DNA of 55,779 bases, filler included, from Porpidia crustulata (taxonomy: Eukaryota), in assembly GCA_964255105.1 (NCBI GenBank). It is 5 parts of 5 records of this genome, joined end to end, with 100 filler letters (N's around TTAATTAATTAA, not from the genome) between each part and the next. Parts side by side here need not be neighbours in the genome. Positions count along the whole stretch, not along the records: positions 11,198 to 22,272 come from CAXUWE010000696.1; positions 22,373 to 33,445 come from CAXUWE010000697.1; 3 more parts are not named here. One strand, written 5' to 3'. The position numbers were made by a program, and so were the translations under genes. Positions 11,600 through 24,545 of this stretch are shown in pieces (the stretch's first letter is position 1; every line of letters starts with the position of its first letter). Under the pieces are notes generated by a model, which was not told where the DNA came from, searched no databases, and worked only from the letters and a program-made list of their open reading frames with translations.

Positions 11600-13451
11600 C
11601 TATGCTTTTCCTAAACCCACAAGTACCAACAATGCCACATTCATTATTGCTATGACCAGCCAAACCAGCACCGCAAACCCAGCCACCAACCAATGATTCC
11701 TCATCTTGGTTACTTCCGAACCCGAATCTCCCCCGTCTGTAGCCACTCGTTCAAGGCCATCATCATCCTCCACTTGTTCGGAGCCGCCAACGATCATGTA
11801 CTTGTTCCGGCAAGTAAAATATATCAAGGGCGCAGATACGAACGGTAGAACTACGCTCAAAGCGACCTGTGTTCCATTTAGCGCAGCGGATAGTCCGTTT
11901 TTGCCTACTGCTCCGGCAATTATGATGCTCGGCGTGATGCTAACAGATCGTGTAAGTAGTCTCCTGAGCCATGGTGCGATGGTCCACTCTAGGGCTCCTT
12001 CGCTGAGCATCTGCCCCGCAATCGTGCAGACAATGCCCGCCGATGTCCCTGAGAACAGAAGGGCAAGAGCGAAGACTGTCCCAGCCGCTGGAGCGAGTGA
12101 TTTCGCGAGCAGGTCGTGGATGCCAAAAAGATCTGCATTCTGGGCGCCAGAGTTGGACGACAGAGATGCACCGGCTACAATCAAGATCGCACTGTTGACG
12201 AACAAGGCAAAGGTAAACAGTGAAAGGGCGATCTCTAGTGTAGAGTAGGTAAGGCATGACCGGATGGCTGCTAGTGATGGACGATAGATGATTTTGTCCG
12301 TGTTCCCTGACGCCGGTAAAGGAGCGAAATAGTTCCCGGCTTTGGTGTCGAAATGTCGAAGGCGAGTCTGTACGATCCCACTGCCGAGGTATAGACTGTG
12401 AGGCATTACGGTGGCCCCAAGGATGCCGCAGCTAAGGTAGAGGCCTTGGTTCTGTACAATAGTAGCGGAGGGTAGGTAGCCTTTGAACACCTCGCCTACG
12501 GATATACCATCAATGTAGGAGAGTTGGATGCAAAAGCAAATGACAACACCAAGGACTAATGCCATGACAAAAAATTCAAAGGCCCGCAAGCGCCGCATAG
12601 AGCCTTCCGGGCTATAGAAGATGAGAATAATGAGAACATCGACCAGTGTCAGTGCACAGCCGGCTACTAAGGGTATCTTCAAGAGCAGGTTGAGTGCAAT
12701 TGCCGATCCGATGACCTTAATCGATGTTAGCTCTAGGACATTTGTGGATTTTGTAGTGTTCAGATCTTACTTCTGCAATATCTGTGGCAATAATAGCAGC
12801 CTCCCCCATGACATAGAGTACAACGTTGAGCCATCGTGGAAGATGGGCTCTGCAATTTTCTGCGAGGTTAAGTCCGGTGACAGTCCCTAGACGTACAGCC
12901 AACGATTGTAGCAGTATCGCAAACACGTTGGACAAGAGCACAATGAAGAGTAGCTTGAATCTTGTCGAGGCACCGGCCGCTACGTCGGTGGAGTAATTAC
13001 CTGGATCTATGTATGCTACAGATATCATGAACCCCGGCCCTATAAACTTGCCAAATTTCACCAGAATTGCTCCCAGTCGCCGACAGGAATTTACAACCCC
13101 AGATTGCAGACTGATGGGAGATAGCGGCAGGGCTGGGTCAGGAAATTTGGAGCACCTGGCATTTTTGGAGGTGCTCCCAGAGGGTTCAGTGGACTCTCTG
13201 CCACTTGTCACTGACGGTGGAAGTAGACCTGAACCCGCGTGGGGCTTCTCCAAGCAATGATCCGGAGGTATATCGACCTCAGGTAGCTCAATCTCTGGTC
13301 TATCGGCTGCTGAATCCGCCTCTCGCTGTGTCCGTCGATTCACAGTACCGTTGAGATCTTCCCTGGTCGTGAGATCCGCAGCGAGCCTCGGCGGGTTCTG
13401 GTTCCACCCCTCATTTTCCAGTTGCTCATCCGTGCGGGAAGGACAGTTCAT
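11600..13451 (-). CDS. NRAMP-family divalent metal (Mn) transporter, SMF1/SMF2-like, 2 exons
   Basis: Starts MNCPSRTD. Contains GPGFMISVAYIDPGNY (DPGN motif), DIAE|VIGSAIALNLL across intron 12716-12770, GATVMPHSLYL (MPH motif) and TIAGQMLSEG. Confidence 0.95.
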
Positions 13452-14306
13452 GTTTTGATTGTGGAAGCAGGAATGCCGTGAGATCCAAAGGAGTGAGAAA
13501 ATAGAAAGGGAGAGACAGAGTAATAGAAAGAGGGGGATAGGAGAATAGTGTGCGGTAAGAAATATGGGATCAGATGTTGCAAGTAGGAAGTCTGGAAGTC
13601 GCGGTTTCTTCCGACGGCCGGTAGTCTGAAGTGGGTCTGGAACGTCATCATTAGTATAGGTTGGAATTCTCTGTATACAGAAACCAGTGTGTATCTGGGA
13701 AGACAACACTTGAGTACGAAGAATTCGAGGAGGGTAGTTTGTCGTTTTGGGAAAAGAAAGAATACAATCGTTCTATTGTGCTCGAAGCGTGCAGGAATGC
13801 AGCGATGGTGGGGGGCGCATTGCCCCACACCATACCGAGCTACTTCGCCAGCAACGTCCGATCCGATTGCACTGCACAAGATTTAGTGTGTGCGATTGCA
13901 GGCAGTGAGCTCCCGAGGTCTTCGTTCAACACAGAAGAAGATCTAAGAGCTACATGAAGATTCCCAGCGCGAGGTGGATCTTTGTCCCGCATGTGACGCA
14001 TGTGTTCAACTTCGATAGGGCGCGATAACGCTTGAGCTGGGGGTCTCTCACCACAGCAACGGCCAACATGTCAACAATGGAACATCTCAACCCATCTTTA
14101 ACGTTGTACGAGTGACGTTGAATGCCAATATCGGGTTATCAAACACAGATGTTCTCTGTGAAGGCATGATTATAAGTATCATAGCCCTGAACTACACTGT
14201 ACTTTTTGGCATCAGGTACTCACTTTGCCTGTGAGTGAAAGAAGCCATCAGTTCGTTAGATCCGATTACATGTCAACATGGATGCTGACCTGTGCTGCCA
14301 GATAAC

Positions 14307-17056
14307 ATGGATATAATGGGCAATCCTGAGACTATTCAAAGTCGGCCGCAGCACAAAAGGAACCCCTCTTCAATACTCAAATCAATGATGTCTCCAAAAC
14401 GAACTGCTCCCGCAGACGCGGGCCGTAAGGAGTTTAGGAGCGAGAACGCAGGTCCCAATAAATTAGCAAACGCTATGCAATCCCCGATCTCACCATCAGA
14501 TCATCCTCAGGCTCGGTACTATTTGAAGGAGCAGAGCAGCAGTAGAGACAACATCCGCTTGTCACCGCAGAAGTCAGTCGAAACACGTGACGATAATTCC
14601 AAGAGCAGTGAGCTACACAAGAAGACGAAGAGCTCGGTATCCCTGAAGTCCTTGATGGAAAACGAGAAAGTGAAACCACCGAAGCCCAAGTCCCCAGAAA
14701 AACAGGAGGTCAAGGCGTTGAAAAAGTCGAAATCCTCCACCAGCCTTTCAGCCCTCCTTTCAAGGCCAAAGTCGTCGAAAGGCGCTAAAACAGACGAATA
14801 CCCTGGGAAGAAGGGCAAGGAAAACTTAACGCCCCCTAATTCTGCGAATACTGCACCGCCTCCCATTTGGGCACAATTTGCCACCCAGCAGATGCAGGAG
14901 GTACCTAGAACCACCAAAATTCCATTGAACGACGGGAACCCTGGCGCTGGCCAGATTGACATATATGCCCGACAGAATCATTCGCCGTCAAAGCAAAGGA
15001 ACTTTTATGAACATGAAAAGCAGATGTTATTCCGAAATATGGAGCCAAAAGCACGACCCAGATCAGCTTACTTTCCACCAGTTGTATCCAAAAGTGCCTT
15101 TGTCGGTGCTGTAGTTGGATTGCGAAAATCAAGCATGGATGAAGGTTCACGGAGTCCGACCCACAATGGCAATGAACGGAGGCCATCGAACGAGACAAAA
15201 ACCTCAAGTCAGAGGTCCAGCGTAGAACAGACTACTACCAGCGAGGCCACTTCTAATATCGGCGGTAATATAAATCAGCGTGGGTCACGCGTGATGGCGG
15301 CAGTCGCAGCGTTCGACGGACAATCAAGAGAGTTTATTCACGGTCCAAATCGAGAGGCGCACGAAATCAAGCTTGATACTAAGGCTATTGAGAATGCCTT
15401 TGAAAGTCTTTTGGTCCGTCTCTGAATCTGTATATCCTTGAGTTTTTATGTCCATCTAACATTCTCAGGACGCCCGCAATGTCCCACAATACACTCGAGA
15501 CAAGATGAGATTGTTAGACACCAACATCAAGGCAAATTTCATCATGCAGGACAAGACCAGTTCGGGATCGTCATCGAGCACAGAGGAGTTAATTTTAAGC
15601 TCTGCTGATATCAGCGTTAATGGTAGACCGGAGACAGGACAACGATCCAAGACAGAGAATGAAATTCTGGCAGACAGTCGTGAAGCGTCACAAGATATGG
15701 GCCGTGTTGAATCTCCCAAGAAGTCAAGACCAAGGAGTCGAACATTCACCTTCAGCAAAGGCGACAATTCCCCAGCGAAGAAACAAAAAGCAGATCGTCC
15801 AAAGTCTCAGGTTTCCACCAAGCCTGCCGGACTCGCTCCATCGGAGTCATCGAAATCGTTAACCCCTATTGGAGCCGCTTCAACTCCTACATTTCTAAGT
15901 CGAGCCCCCAAACTAGCTTTTCCCGAAGATTTCATCTTTTATCTACGCAAGGTACAAAAGCCTGAGATTATTGAAGTCGGAAAGCTTCATAAGCTCAGGC
16001 AGTTGCTGCGGAACGAGACTGTGTCATGGGTAGATACATTCATCAGTAAAGGTGGTATGACGGAGGTGGTGGATCTGTTGTACAGGGTTATTGCAGTAGA
16101 ATGGAGGTACGCTTGTCCTCGTACGCAAGACTCATGCGGTTCCTTGGCTAATTATACGTAGAGAGGAGCACGAAGATGCACTACTTCATGAGACTCTTTT
16201 ATGTCTCAAGGCTCTTTGCACGACCTCCTCAGCCCTCAATGAGCTCTCCATTATTCAGACAACCCTATTTCCAGTCCTTCTTGCCATGTTATTCGACGAG
16301 GAAAAGAAAGGTCCAAGCGAATTTACCACACGAAACATCATCATCAGTCTTTTGTTCACTTATCTCTCCACTTCTCCCTCTAGCGATACCGTCCCTCGCG
16401 CCCACACTCTGCTTTCCTACTTGCGCGATCCCTCCAAACCTGAAGAAGCTCAACTTCCTGGTTTCATCGCCTCAATGCATCACCCCCGCCCCTATCGCGT
16501 CTGGTGCAAAGAGGTCGTCAATGTCACCAAAGAAGTCTTCTGGATCTTCCTGCACCATCTCAACGTGATCCAGTATCCTCCGGAAACTCCTGACGCAGGT
16601 GCCAGCTACACCTCAATCCATTTCCCTGGCGATCGGCCTCCAGTACCTGCAGCTCCCTACGTCGGCGGCGTCGAATGGGAGGCCACTAATTACCTTGCCG
16701 CACACCTCGACCTACTGAACGGACTCATCGCTTCGCTGCCTTCGCGTCACGAACGTAACAGCCTGCGACAGGAACTTCGCGATAGTGGGTTTGAGAAATG
16801 CATGGGCAGTAGCCTGCGTACATGTAAAGAAAAGTTCTATGGGAGTGTGCATGCTGGCTTGACGACATGGATTGGTGCAGCAAGAGCAGATGGATGGGAC
16901 ACTGTATTTGTGAAAGAGGGCCCCAAGAGAGAGTCTGTCAGGCAAAGTCCGAAGAAAGGGAAGGTGGAGGCGCCGCCACAGCTGGCGATGCCGAAGCTGA
17001 ATTTAGGAGGTGGGGATACGAAGATCGGTGCTGTGGATGACGGAGGGTGGCTGTAG
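14307..17056 (+). CDS. Formin GTPase-binding-domain (Drf_GBD-like) protein lacking FH2, similar in type to S. pombe Rid1; 3 exons
   Basis: Long Ser/Lys-rich disordered N-terminus, then AFESLL|DARNVP...MRLLDTNIK, LHKLRQLLRNETVSWVDTFI, EWR|EEHEDALLHETLLCLKALCTT and PYVGGVEWEATNYLAAHLDLLNG. Introns 15414-15468 and 16107-16161. Exact start uncertain. Confidence 0.8.
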
Positions 17057-18135
17057 CATGATGAGAGGGGTTTCGTTGTGAATATTTTAACTCGACCAAA
17101 GATGTGTTTGGGCGGTTTTGGATTGCTTTTCTCGCTTTTTTTCTACTTCTTCTCATACTTCCTAGGGATAAGAATGACGAGGAGACGTCCATAACGACTC
17201 TAACGATTGGAGGGGCTTACTTGGTTATCATTTCTAAGATGTCGCTCTTTCCCAATTATCTAAGAAATCACATGCCAAATTTTTTTTGGGTTACCGGGAG
17301 AATGGTCAGCCATACTTTATTAAGTTATTATGCCAGTTTAGGACCTTTTCTCTCGCCAGACAACTGGCCCAGTGGTAGAAGGGCCTGCTTTGAATTTGTG
17401 ATGCACATCGAGGGTTCGAGACGCTGAGAGGATGATACTTTAAACCATTAGACGGGGGTGCACTACGTCTGGAGTGCCAGCAGCCATCGCGGGCTGTGAG
17501 TGTATCGGAGATGATATAACTTGCGGTATTCCATCTGAGGGTAACAAAAATCGTAACAAGACGGAGGCTGTCAGGATATCGGAGATGATATACCTGCCAG
17601 CTTTTGGATTTTTGGAGAACCGTTTTATGTTGTACTTTACTGATCCCCTATTGTATGCAGATTAATCCTTACACCGTTGTATTTATATGATTGGATGATT
17701 ACGCGAGCCGAAGAAAACGACGATGCTATTTCCGCTCCACTTTCATTGCAGTCATCTTGGCCATTCACGATAATATATTTTTCGAAGTAGGAGCTTTTCA
17801 TCCGTGCCCCGCTTGCGTACTTCGAAACCGATGGGCCCGGGATTTGTTCCAAGCTGACCCAGCCTGCGCCACTATGAAGAAGAAAAGTGAGGATGTTCTC
17901 GTCCGCTTGGGCTTCCAGATAAACTCCGGTGCCACTTGCGCTTCTTAAATCTTCGTAGTCGTGATTATGCAAAACAAGTGTCTGAGAGTTGGAAATGACA
18001 GTTCGAATCCTCTCATATTCTTAGTCCTTCTTTGCTTTATGCTTCCATCTGATCGACTTATCGTTATTTGAGCTCGTTACTCTCAATTTTTGTCGCCGAC
18101 CATTCTAGGAGGTATTCCAAATTCAGCGCTCGAAG

Positions 18136-18740
18136 ATGCTTCTCCAAAGAACATTCTCTGCTCTTATGTTACTATCTTTCTCCCGTGGCCTCGTCGCAGC
18201 AGCAGTCTTTCCAGCACTCCTTACTAGACCAGCCTCGAATCCCATCACTTTACAAGAGCCGAAAAGTTCTACTACAAAGTACGTTCTCCTGTCTTCCGGC
18301 GGGTCACTTTTCAACTACCTCGTTCCTTACATCCCCCCAGCACCACAATCTACGCCTTCCTTAACACCACCTCGAACCTCTACCCCTTCCGCATCCCGGG
18401 GTCAACTATCACTCTCTACTTACAAACCCCCCAACACGCCCTCTCATCCATCGACGTCACCACCTGTATCACCGGCGCCCTGGTCGACCTGTTTTTCCAG
18501 CTACTCCAAAGAGGCAACGATGGGATTATCCACCTTAACTACCGCAGTGATGCTGGAGATGTATATTTTGCGACACTAGAAGTACCCGAGCATCCACCAT
18601 GGGCTTTACTGCTGAGCGATGTGGTACATGTTCTGGCGGGACTTTCGCTGCTGGAGAGCAATTTTGGGTATCGGGCAAGGGCAATGAGGGTAGTGGATGA
18701 CGCGAGGGGCACCCTCTGTGATGCTGTGTTGTGGACATAG
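18136..18740 (+). CDS. Small secreted protein (180 aa), 2 exons; not represented correctly in the ORF track
   Basis: Signal-like N-terminus MLLQRTFSALMLLSFSRGLVAAA. Intron 18279-18340 (GTACGT...CCCCAG) restores an open frame: NTTIYAFLNTTSNLYPFRIPGSTITLYLQTPQHALSSIDVTTCITGALVDLFFQ...WALLLSDVVHVLAGLSLLESNFGYRARAMRVVDDARGTLCDAVLWT, stop TAG 18738-18740. Confidence 0.8.
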
Positions 18741-20540
18741 TGGGAAATTGGGGGGTCGGCGCACAAAAGCTTTGTCTAAATATCTGATTTTCAAGGAATG
18801 CGGAGAGTCGCCAGACCACAATCGAAACCGTATCGAAGCGAGCACCAGAATCCATGGTTCTAAGGTCCAAGATTCCCCTTCGCACGAGCTTTAGATAGTG
18901 ACCGATTTGGATCTGTCACCGGTCAACAATGCGACGTCAAATTGCCAATCACGAAGTCGACATCAACGAGCGGAGTTCTCAAAGATCCCCTTTTCTTTCT
19001 CATAAATTTATTCGAATTCGCACTAGAATGAGAAGAATCCACAAGGAGACGAAAACATCTCCGAAATTAGATGCTAGCTACTCCATGTCCTGCGACTACA
19101 CCGATTGCCATTCCACGAATTTCGAAGCCGAAGCGCAATCGAAGTCGATAAGGAAGATCCCTTAACTTCTCATTCATTAACAATTTTCTCGTATGCGTTC
19201 CATGCATCATCTCAAACATTTCGTTGTTCTCAGGCCTGTTCGCTTAAATATGCTTTGCGCGGGATATTTCCCAGTCGCTCGGATGCTCGACTGCGGCCTG
19301 TGGGAGTCATGAGTCATAACTTTTGTTTCATGTTTCAAATTGACTGAAGGTATGAGTGTTTCAACGTTTTGCGTCTATTTTTGGCATCACGGGCGTGTTG
19401 TCTTGCCATTCCTGCCAATCCTACTTCATAGCATCGTTGAAAGCAACCCATGGTCTAGAATAAATTGTTCCTATGAAGCCACCTCATCAATTCCCCTACC
19501 CAGGTCCATCTCCCCTGAGCTCCAAGTTGCCCTTAGCCGACTCGCTCTCCATATTCTAGTACACAATTTGGATGTACTCTTGTTGTCTTTCAAGGAGATA
19601 TAATGAAGACAGAGACAGGATGACGAACGCTCTAAAAGTCTCAAATCATACCGTTGGTGCAGACAAACTATCTGAGGGACCGAGAAACAATACGGTATTT
19701 GGATCTCTGCACAGGTTCAATTGGAGGAACGTTCGCTGGTTAAGCGTATCATCACTTCATATTTTACCTCGATAATGGTCCACTATCAAAGTGTTCCAGA
19801 ATCTAAGCCTATTAAAGTAGCCAAACCACAACTTCTCTCGCACGTTTTCTCCTCATTAAAATGTCATTCCAATGTACGATAATGAGAAACTATGATCAAA
19901 GGCGAGCGATGCGATTATGAGGGCTATCTATTCGTCCAACTGTAAACCATACAATATCAATCCATACCTAGACATGGCGCAGCTGCAACCAGCCAACACA
20001 ATCACGGCAACTTCGAGCTCTCCTATCACCGTTCAGTCACTGCATGCTTGCAATCTTGCGGTTTAGTGGTTGGAGGAAGACTCAGGGCAAAAGTGAGGCG
20101 GATGAGAGAGCAGTGCGCCCAATGTATCGGGGTATTAGCAAGGCATGCTGAGCGGGCGCTACGGGTCGCCCAACAACGTTGCATAAGGCCAAGCTTGGTT
20201 GTAGTGACTCCATCAGAGTAATTGAAAGACAAGATGAAAGATGAACTAGATTGTGACGGCTGTGATGAGGTGTTGTTGAGAAAGAAGAGTGGTCATACTA
20301 GAGGGGAGGGCTAACTAGTCATGTGATAGCAACCCCGTGGTCGGCGCTTAGAACGCAGTCCCTTCACATCCCTCTCGCCAATCACATCTCACTATCACCG
20401 TTTTCGCCCAGCATGCATCCTGCAGTTACCGCCTGCGGGGGATGTTCCCATAATTATGTACCATCGACCACCATGCTTCTTGTTCTGTTTCGTGCTCAAT
20501 CGCATGAACAGCGTTGCCTGCTCATGCAAAAACGTTTTGA

Positions 20541-22091
20541 ATGCTGTCAAACATCGCAATGTTCCGTTTCTCACTTCTCCAATTTCTCTTAGTCTTACTT
20601 TCCTCTGTAAAGGCATTTCCCAGTAACATCTGGCACATCAGTGTATTCGAAGGCCCAGCTCCAGCTCCAGAAGACGGTCCTCCGCTCTCTGCCTCAGCAA
20701 TTCGAGATCGGACATACCTACCGGTACAGATTGGATCCATAGTTGGGGCATATCTTCTCTTCGTCCTCATCACCGGCTCTGCGCTCTTGTTCGTTGGCCG
20801 CCGCCTACGCCGCGCAGCTGAAGCCTCGCCACGAACTCTCGCAATGCAGATGATGAAACCAGCTCGACCAGAAGCTTCCAACGGCTACGATCCTTCCCCA
20901 ATATCCCCTTCATCGAACAACCCCTACGGACCGAGTCCGGTCAGTACCCTGGACATGAAGAGCTCATGGCCGAGTCCAGATAAGAGTAGGGGCAGTGTTT
21001 GGAAGTCTTCATTGAAAGGGCACAAGCAGCAAGCTTCCATACAAAGTAGCGTTGTGACTTTTGACGAGAGCGTCATAGAGGAAGATAAAGCCAAAAACCA
21101 GATCGAGATGGAACGACTTTACAAATCTGTGATGGAGCATGATGACCAAAAGTCCTCTTCTGTTATCAATGTCAGCGAAGGACAGCAGCACCCTCGGGAA
21201 TTTCAACACCTACGTTCTACATCGGGACCGCTGTCCCCGCTGCAAGAACCAGGCTTAAGATCACCTTCCCGGACTCTTACAACCTCCCCCAAAAAGTCAA
21301 TCAGGCCGTCCCCCATCTCCACTCATAGCCGCACCTCTTCCCGCTCATCCTTTGGGAGCTTCGGCAAAAAGCGTGGCATCCGCAACCTCCCCATCTCTCC
21401 TCCGATGGGATCGCCTGATCTCGCTCCTAACCATCACGACATCTACGGCGAAGCAGAGCCCCTAAGCCCTCGATTCTACCAGCCTGGGCCTCCCCCGCCG
21501 ACACCACCTTCCAACAATCAATTTGTTACCCACGAGGAGCGGCTTGACTTCACAAGGCTAAGCCCGCAGAGTGCAGAATTCCGCCAACCTGCTCGCTCAC
21601 CACGTACTGCCGTTCCCACCCTCCAGACTTTCCCCGAATACTCAACCCCGACAGAGCAAGAGTTTGGCAGTAGAGCACAAAAAGCCCCCACCCGCGAAAC
21701 CGCCAGGCAAAAACGCACACCGGCTCCTCTCGCCCTCCGCACCCAAGGCAATGCTAGTCCTAGCCAGCAGCATCCGCTTCGCAGCGCACCGCTGCCTTTC
21801 CGCAACCTCAATTCCAACAGATACAATTCCGATCGTCCCCCTTCCACCATCAAGGCCACCGTAATCGAAAGCAAGCCCGCGAATCAGTATCTTGGCGCTC
21901 CGAGGACCGGGGTCCCGATCACGCCTTACAGCCCTTATATGCCATTTACGCCCCTCACTCCGATGACGCCCAGCCGGCTGGTCACGAAGCAGGAGAGGAA
22001 GAAGAGAGAAAAGGAAGAAGGGAGAAGGGTTGTGACGGTCGAGGATGCGGTGGAGGAGGAGGGGGACATGTGGGGTGATGCGTATCCTTGA
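20541..22091 (+). CDS. Single-pass membrane protein with signal peptide and Pro/Ser-rich cytoplasmic tail (conserved-looking fungal hypothetical)
   Basis: Intronless 516-aa ORF with a signal peptide, GPAPAPEDGPPLSASAIRD, a TM segment IGSIVGAYLLFVLITGSALLFVG followed by RRLRR, many SP/TP sites and C-terminal TPYSPYMPFTPLTPMTP. Confidence 0.85.
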   Translation: MLSNIAMFRFSLLQFLLVLLSSVKAFPSNIWHISVFEGPAPAPEDGPPLSASAIRDRTYLPVQIGSIVGAYLLFVLITGSALLFVGRRLRRAAEASPRTLAMQMMKPARPEASNGYDPSPISPSSNNPYGPSPVSTLDMKSSWPSPDKSRGSVWKSSLKGHKQQASIQSSVVTFDESVIEEDKAKNQIEMERLYKSVMEHDDQKSSSVINVSEGQQHPREFQHLRSTSGPLSPLQEPGLRSPSRTLTTSPKKSIRPSPISTHSRTSSRSSFGSFGKKRGIRNLPISPPMGSPDLAPNHHDIYGEAEPLSPRFYQPGPPPPTPPSNNQFVTHEERLDFTRLSPQSAEFRQPARSPRTAVPTLQTFPEYSTPTEQEFGSRAQKAPTRETARQKRTPAPLALRTQGNASPSQQHPLRSAPLPFRNLNSNRYNSDRPPSTIKATVIESKPANQYLGAPRTGVPITPYSPYMPFTPLTPMTPSRLVTKQERKKREKEEGRRVVTVEDAVEEEGDMWGDAYP

Positions 22092-22272
22092 TCCACATGA
22101 TTTGCATTCTATTGATTTGCAGCTGGGTCCTTCAAAATGGAGTGTATCAGAAAAATAGATGTGGAAATTACGACTTTCACGATGGTGGCATCGGTGTTCT
22201 CAGGCCTCTTTCTTACTACCTCTTCTAAAACTACCTCTTCTAAATATCCTTGTTCAATGTACATATGGGTGC

Positions 22273-22372
22273 NNNNNNNNNNNNNNNNNNNNNNNNNNNN
22301 NNNNNNNNNNNNNNNNTTAATTAATTAANNNNNNNNNNNNNNNNNNNNNNNNNNNNNNNNNNNNNNNNNNNN
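22273..22372. other. Artificial contig-join spacer
   Basis: N44-TTAATTAATTAA-N44, identical to the other three. Confidence 0.98.
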
Positions 22373-22810
22373 GGTTACAGAGCTCGTGCTCGATTGTTGC
22401 TGCGGATTCGACGCTGATGCCGCTGTTGTGGAGCCTGAACTTTGGCCTCCTCCGCCACTAGGGCCTGCCGACGAGCTCGCAATACCACCGGCATTCGGAC
22501 ACAGTGTAGAAACTCCCCTTCCCATGAAGAACATCCCTATCAAGGTATTGGGAAATGCCTTTGTTCCTTTGCATGCGGTGTTTATTAAATCCGTCACCAG
22601 TTCCAGCTGCGTAATGCAACTCTCCGAGCAAGCCGCGCCGTCGCTGAAGTCTTTGACGGTGCAGCCGGATAGAGGCGTGTTGTATGCATCGGTGCAGCTG
22701 AAGGAGAAGCCTGCGACCTTTTGGAATTTGGAAAGGTTGATAGATACAGAGGCGGAGGCTAGGGAGATGAACGGTAGGACGGCGAATAGGGTTGTGCGAG
22801 AAGCGCGCAT
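22373..22810 (-). CDS. Secreted protein with a 6-Cys N-terminal domain followed by a Ser/Thr/Gly-rich region; 3' end truncated by the contig end
   Basis: Signal peptide MRASRTTLFAVLPFISLASA, then CTDAYNTPLSGC...CSESC...C...LCPN. The frame runs open into the spacer. Confidence 0.82.
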
Positions 22811-24545
22811 TTCCGAGTTCTTGAGCTCAAGGTCGACCAGCGTGGATGTAGAAGACAAGGAGATTCGGTGATAGAAGATGGACTCTTAATGCGCAGCACT
22901 TTGAGGATTAATGTCGGTCGCACTGATGAATAGTGAGGACAGTCAGGGAGTACGAGTCAACGCGAATTATAGACTCAATAGCAACGCGTGTAGATCGAAT
23001 TCATTCACTCCAGCTCTCTTGGTCGTATTCCAGATACACCAAAACTGCAGATCAGATGGCTGTCATGCCAGAATTAGGAACGAAGATGATAGAAAATAGG
23101 ATGCCGATCTACGGTTGACATGCCAGCGCACATTGCCTAACCTCAACAGTGGACGTTCATCCACATGACAAAGAAAGCTTTGAGGGCAGAAAACAAGGAC
23201 GGCGACGCGATCAATGATCCTTGTGATGGCGAAGAAAGGGCAGAAGGGGAAGAACAAAGAAGCGACTTATCTTTGACCATCCATGGCCATCCCGCACTAT
23301 CTACCACTCTATTCTTGTCCGAGAGTGGCAAGTCTTCCATTCCGAGTCGATGGTGGCTGGTGGCCAATCACGGGCGCGTAGAGTGAGTACACTCGACAGT
23401 CCAAGGGGAATCCAACTACAGGCATGCAGGAAGGAGTCGCCTCCTCCATCTCTCCCACGCGCATTGCAGGTTTGAAGATGTCCATCGTGAAACGCGCCTT
23501 GCTTCATGTCTACTTGAGGATGATTGGCCCAAGCGAGATACCCAAAATTACCATTGCTAAGGGTCTGAGGCTCGTGAAACGCGTAAACTATTGTTTTGTA
23601 CGATTTGATTCGTTTCACTTCGTCAACTTTCCTCAATAAATAATATTCTTCATAAAGACGGCGGCTATCTCGTTTCACCTCATGTTTTACGGCACAACTT
23701 CAGATTTTTCTCTGTCGAAACAATTGAATCAATTCTCCGTGGCACGAGTGTCTTAATGAACTTACATTTACTTGATCGCTTTCTTGATACTAGATATATT
23801 TCTGCCACGGGATAAATTTTAGGTCTGGATTGCAGAGATGCTACACCCGCCTCAAGGCTCCGCTTACTCTATCCCTGTGCTCCCTTTCTCCTTTCTCACG
23901 GTCATCTGGGGAGATATATCGGGGATTTTGGCGAGGTCTTACATCAGAACGCCTGACTAACGTCCACAGCTCCGACGTCCACTTTGATGTTGGAAATACA
24001 TAAATATTCCAAGGAAGAACTACCTTTCGGAGCTATTGGCGCCTTCACTAGAAACAATTTCTCGCAAATATACATCATGCCCAAATGATCACCTACTCTA
24101 GAGTCGCAAGACGCAGACAGGCACAAGGCGTACTCGATGGCTAGACATTGGTGTTACTAGTCACTTATTGTTGGCCATTGAGGTTTCACTTGAAGTTGAA
24201 GGTCGAACGTTCACATCGGTAACATGTGATTGAAGTGGCGCAAAGAGACAGACATAAAGAACAGAACACAGAATACCTCGTGATATGAAGTAACTGTGGC
24301 TGCGAATCAATGGCTCTCGTCAGCTTAGACTCTGGGGCTCTAAGAGGTCAGATATCAGTTGCTGCGCCTCCGCACTGCCACACAGCGGGGTATGATTTAG
24401 CTGGTACTTGGGCCTCCACATAAGAATAAAAAGCAACATCATCTTCTCTTGTACAACCTCTGATCCTAAGACTTTCCTTCTACATCTTGTATTCCTCACT
24501 TTCTTAAACTTACACTCGCACCGAGTCCAATAATCTCTTCCCGGC

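Noticed and set aside
13452..13709. In-frame N-terminal extension of the NRAMP ORF with a hydrophobic stretch
   Set aside because: It starts at TTG with no ATG and derives from a CT-rich tract. MNCPSRTD looks like the natural start, so this is probably 5' UTR.
17637..17972. 111-aa minus ORF with a faint ankyrin-like phrase (ENILTFLLHSGA)
   Set aside because: Non-ATG start, a single partial motif and no repeat structure.
22220..22250. Two tandem copies of ACTACCTCTTCTAAA
   Set aside because: An isolated local duplication in a 3' region; not an array.
23301..23678. 125-aa minus ORF in intergenic DNA
   Set aside because: GTG start, with no recognisable motif or splice support.
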